In this document: positions 60,995-64,000 of the stretch, piece by piece
How positions within the stretch are numbered: position 1 is the stretch's first letter
Layout: each line of letters starts with the position of its first letter
Source of the DNA: a virus
Taxonomy: Duplodnaviria > Caudoviricetes
Reading direction: 5' to 3' (one strand)
IMG/VR virus record: IMGVR_UViG_3300014732_000001
Coordinates: 26,461 to 90,460 of that record
DNA length: 64,000 bases
Notes under the pieces: model-generated
Told to the model about the DNA's origin: nothing
Database searches by the model: none
What the model saw: the letters and a program-made list of their open reading frames with translations, nothing else
Program-made: the position numbers and the translations under genes

Positions 60995-62443
60995 ATGGCT
61001 GGATTGACTGACTCTGGGTTGGACATTAAAAGGCTAGTTGAAGTAATCACAGACCTTCGTCAAGAAGCCGTTCCAATCTTTCAAGATTTGCTTGAAGACC
61101 CGAATGACATTGTAGATACATCTGAGGATTCTACGCTTGGTCGATTGATTGGTCTTATTTCCCCCTCGCTGGCTGATCTTTGGGAGGCTGTACAAGAAGT
61201 ATACTCAGCTTTTGATCCAAACTCAGCAACAGGCATTGCTCTTGATAATCTCGTAGCTCTTGGTGGAATCACTCGCTTCTCTAACACTTACACTACAGCT
61301 CAAGCTCTTTTCACCGGCAATAACGGTACTTTGATCCCTGCTGGAAGTGTTGTTTCTAGTGCCACGACTGGACAAAGTTTTAATGTTGTAGCGAGTGTAG
61401 CATTATCCCCGTCTCTTGTTTCTGGTGTCACTGTTACAGTACCAACTGTTGCCAGCAGCACACTATACACTATCACTTACTCGCGGATTACCAGTTCAAA
61501 CACTGTCAGCTACACAAGTGGTGTTGGAGCCACAGCAGCGAGCATTCTTGCGGGACTGAAAGCCGAGATTGATGCTAATCATCCACAATTGATTGCTACT
61601 GTTGTTGGAACGACTCTGGAAATTGATCTTGACGATATTTTCCAAGTAACTTCTTTCAGCACATCAGCTAATCTTGGTATCACTAAGGTTGATAAGATCG
61701 GGGACTTGATTGCTCAAGAATATGGTCCGATTGAGCAAGCTCCCAATACAATCACTTCTATTTCCACTCCTGTACTAGGTTGGGATAGCGTTTATAATCC
61801 AGTTAGTGCTGTTGGTGGTCGCTTCATTGAAACAGATGAAGAGCTTCGTGAACGTTTCCGTGTAAGTAAGTTTGAACGTGCCTCCAACATTCTTGAAGCA
61901 TTGTATTCTGCTCTGATCAATCTTGACACTGTAGAACAAGTGGTTATTTATGAGAACGATACAGACGTTGTAGATGCCAATGGTCTACCTCCCCATAGCT
62001 TTATGCCGATTGTTCTTGGTGGTATTTCCACGAACATTGCACAAAGTATTTGGGGAAATAAACCTCTTGGTATTCGTAGTTATGGTAACACTTCCGTAAC
62101 GATCTACGACAGTCAGGGCTTTCCGCACGACATTGGTTTTGAGCGTCCAAACCCTGTCACCATCTATATTGACTTGGATATTACCACCAACTCCGAGTTT
62201 CCTCAAGATGGCGAGCAAGCAATTAAAGATGCAATTGCTGCATACATGGAAGCACAGTTTGGTATTGGTGAAGATGTTGTTTACAGCCGTCTGTACACGC
62301 CGATTAACAGTATTCAAGGACACTTTGTAAACAGCTTAACTATCGGAACATCTCCATCGCCCACTGGAGTTGCAAACATCCCTATTGGTTTCAATGAATT
62401 GTTCTCTCTTGATCCTAGCAATATCACAATCACAACGTCTTAA
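60995..62443 (+). CDS. baseplate J-like wedge protein
   Basis: ATGIALDNLVALGGITR; ETDEELRER; VVIYEN...PPHS. Confidence 0.85.
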   Translation: MAGLTDSGLDIKRLVEVITDLRQEAVPIFQDLLEDPNDIVDTSEDSTLGRLIGLISPSLADLWEAVQEVYSAFDPNSATGIALDNLVALGGITRFSNTYTTAQALFTGNNGTLIPAGSVVSSATTGQSFNVVASVALSPSLVSGVTVTVPTVASSTLYTITYSRITSSNTVSYTSGVGATAASILAGLKAEIDANHPQLIATVVGTTLEIDLDDIFQVTSFSTSANLGITKVDKIGDLIAQEYGPIEQAPNTITSISTPVLGWDSVYNPVSAVGGRFIETDEELRERFRVSKFERASNILEALYSALINLDTVEQVVIYENDTDVVDANGLPPHSFMPIVLGGISTNIAQSIWGNKPLGIRSYGNTSVTIYDSQGFPHDIGFERPNPVTIYIDLDITTNSEFPQDGEQAIKDAIAAYMEAQFGIGEDVVYSRLYTPINSIQGHFVNSLTIGTSPSPTGVANIPIGFNELFSLDPSNITITTS

Positions 62444-62453
62444 GGAGGATTAA

Positions 62454-63245
62454 ATGCGCAATGAGTTTGACACAGCACCCTACCTTGAGGAAGCCCGTGA
62501 TCGAGTAACCTACCAATTCACCGACAAACCTATCTTCGACAAGTATTTGCAGTTGTTGATTCTTGGTCAGGTTGAGATTCAAGAAGCTTTAAAACAAGTG
62601 ATGCAGCTTCGTAGCATTGATACGGCAGAGGGCGAGCAACTTAATGTGATTGGTAGGATTGTAGGACAACCAAGAGAGCTTCTGGAAGCAGACCTATATG
62701 AATACTTCGGTTTGCAAGGTGCAACTAATGCACAAAGCTTTGGTGAGCTTGGGAACGTTAGTGTCGGGGGTCTGTTCTACAACTACGGAACACCCTTGGG
62801 TGGTAACGTCTTGCTGGACGATGCGACATATCGTAAGTTTATCAAAGCTAAGATTTTCAAGAACGTAACAGCATCTACACCAGAAGAATTTATCACCGTT
62901 GTGAACACGATTTTTGACCTTCCGATATCGATCACATCTGAAGGTGACGCCCAAGTTACATTGATGTTTGGGCGTATTCTAACAGCTTTTGAGAAAGCTC
63001 TTCTGAACTATGTGAGCACATCTCAAGGTTACCCATCAAGATTGGTTCCCAAGACTGTTGGTGTACGCATCAATTATGGCGAGTTTGAAGGTGGAAACTA
63101 CTTCGGCTTTCAAGGTGCGCCGGGTGCTAAAGGCTTTGGTGAGTACACAGGCACTTACGGTTATGGTCTTGGTTACGGTCTTGAATATGGCGACTCAGAT
63201 TTCGAGCTTACTGGAGACGGCGGGCTATTTGCTACGCTTTACTAA
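62454..63245 (+). CDS. baseplate wedge protein (DUF2612-like)
   Basis: IDTAEGEQLNVIGRIVG; LDDATYR..IKAKI. Confidence 0.8.
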   Translation: MRNEFDTAPYLEEARDRVTYQFTDKPIFDKYLQLLILGQVEIQEALKQVMQLRSIDTAEGEQLNVIGRIVGQPRELLEADLYEYFGLQGATNAQSFGELGNVSVGGLFYNYGTPLGGNVLLDDATYRKFIKAKIFKNVTASTPEEFITVVNTIFDLPISITSEGDAQVTLMFGRILTAFEKALLNYVSTSQGYPSRLVPKTVGVRINYGEFEGGNYFGFQGAPGAKGFGEYTGTYGYGLGYGLEYGDSDFELTGDGGLFATLY

Positions 63246-63261
63246 TTAAGAGAGGAAACAA

Positions 63262-64000
63262 ATGACACAATTTTTGAAGCCTAGCAATCTAAACAATGTG
63301 TGGGCTAGTGGTGGGGATCGGATTTATCCCGGTGATACTAAATACGCAACTGGTTGGCAAGTAGAGATTCCACCCCGTCAGTATTTTAACGAGATTGACT
63401 ATAAGCAAGATCAAATGCTTGCTCACCTTAACCAACACGGTATTCCTGTTTGGGATAGTGAGACAGAGTATCAAGAGAACCAAAGCTATGTACAAGGCTC
63501 CACAGGCACTGTTTATCGTTGTGTTTTGACTCACACTAACCAGAACCCCGACCTAGACGTAAGCAACACCTACTGGATTATTGCTTTCGCTTCTGCTGGC
63601 GATTTTTATACCGCTGATGAAAGCGATTCTCGTTATGCACAGCTATCCAATAATGGTAGTGACTACAACGTTGCAACTTTTCGTACAAATATCAGTGTAT
63701 ACAGCAAAGCTGAGACTTATACTAAAACAGAGGTTGATGGAAAGACTACAGTTGCTTCCGCACTACAGGCACAACAACAAAGTAGTAATGCAGTCTTACT
63801 CTCCCCACTCCGACTAGCAGAAGCCTTCAAGGGAAGTAATCAGTCGCTTTCTGGTTCCGGTAGGCAATCTTTTCCTGGGGGGATGGTAATTCAGTGGATG
63901 AGCGTTGAAATGCCATCCCATTCGTCTACAAACAATACTATAAATGTAGTGTTCCCGACACCATTCCAAAATGCTGCCGTTTCTATATCCCACATGGAGG
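63262..64000 (+). CDS. tail fibre protein (partial, runs off window; not in ORF track)
   Basis: MTQFLKPSNLNNVWASGG...GWQVEIPPRQYFN; later GGMVIQW...FPTPFQNA (gp53-like). Confidence 0.85.
   Translation, partial: MTQFLKPSNLNNVWASGGDRIYPGDTKYATGWQVEIPPRQYFNEIDYKQDQMLAHLNQHGIPVWDSETEYQENQSYVQGSTGTVYRCVLTHTNQNPDLDVSNTYWIIAFASAGDFYTADESDSRYAQLSNNGSDYNVATFRTNISVYSKAETYTKTEVDGKTTVASALQAQQQSSNAVLLSPLRLAEAFKGSNQSLSGSGRQSFPGGMVIQWMSVEMPSHSSTNNTINVVFPTPFQNAAVSISHME

Noticed and set aside
1-64000. Lysogeny, lysis cassette, DNA polymerase and anti-CRISPR genes
   Set aside because: No integrase, repressor, endolysin, holin or full polymerase motifs were recognised in this window (they may lie outside it); small early ORFs cannot be assigned as Acr from sequence alone.

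Overview
The window is a 64 kb segment of a lytic, contractile-tailed dsDNA phage (myovirus). Gene order and protein motifs resemble the Pakpunavirus/Otagovirus-like Pseudomonas myoviruses; this is recalled similarity, and the host cannot be proven from sequence alone. Layout: (1) 1-3791, small minus-strand genes including a nucleotidyltransferase; (2) about 3800-4900, a divergent control region with a small ribbon-helix-helix gene and a winged-HTH gene; (3) 4900-15630, a plus-strand early region of many small genes driven by about 10 sigma70-type promoters that share a downstream motif; (4) about 15630-16540, a non-coding convergence zone, the likely genome terminus or terminal repeat, with a hairpin array; (5) 16544-33740, minus-strand accessory genes (second nucleotidyltransferase, Lar-like protein, NAD-ligase Ia-like protein, dCMP deaminase, ClpP-like protease, PhoH, two HNH-AP2 endonucleases); (6) about 33770-34840, a second, paralogous divergent control region; (7) 36500-42200, terminase small subunit, several structured intergenic RNAs, a phospholipase-A2-like protein and an SGNH-esterase tail-spike-like protein; (8) 42226-64000, packaging, head, neck, tail, baseplate and the start of a tail fibre. 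Eight apparently intact free-standing homing endonucleases of four families and one remnant are present. I found no tRNA, rRNA, CRISPR array, integrase or transposase. The most striking feature is a pair of homologous plasmid-like cassettes, each with a promoter, phased 17-bp boxes, a GNA-triloop hairpin, a CopG-like RHH gene and a wHTH protein ending in DDEEGLPF. The two cassettes have diverged box sequences and sit at the two divergent strand switches. I infer they may be two cognate origin/initiator or autoregulatory systems. All family assignments come from motif reading by eye; no searches were run.
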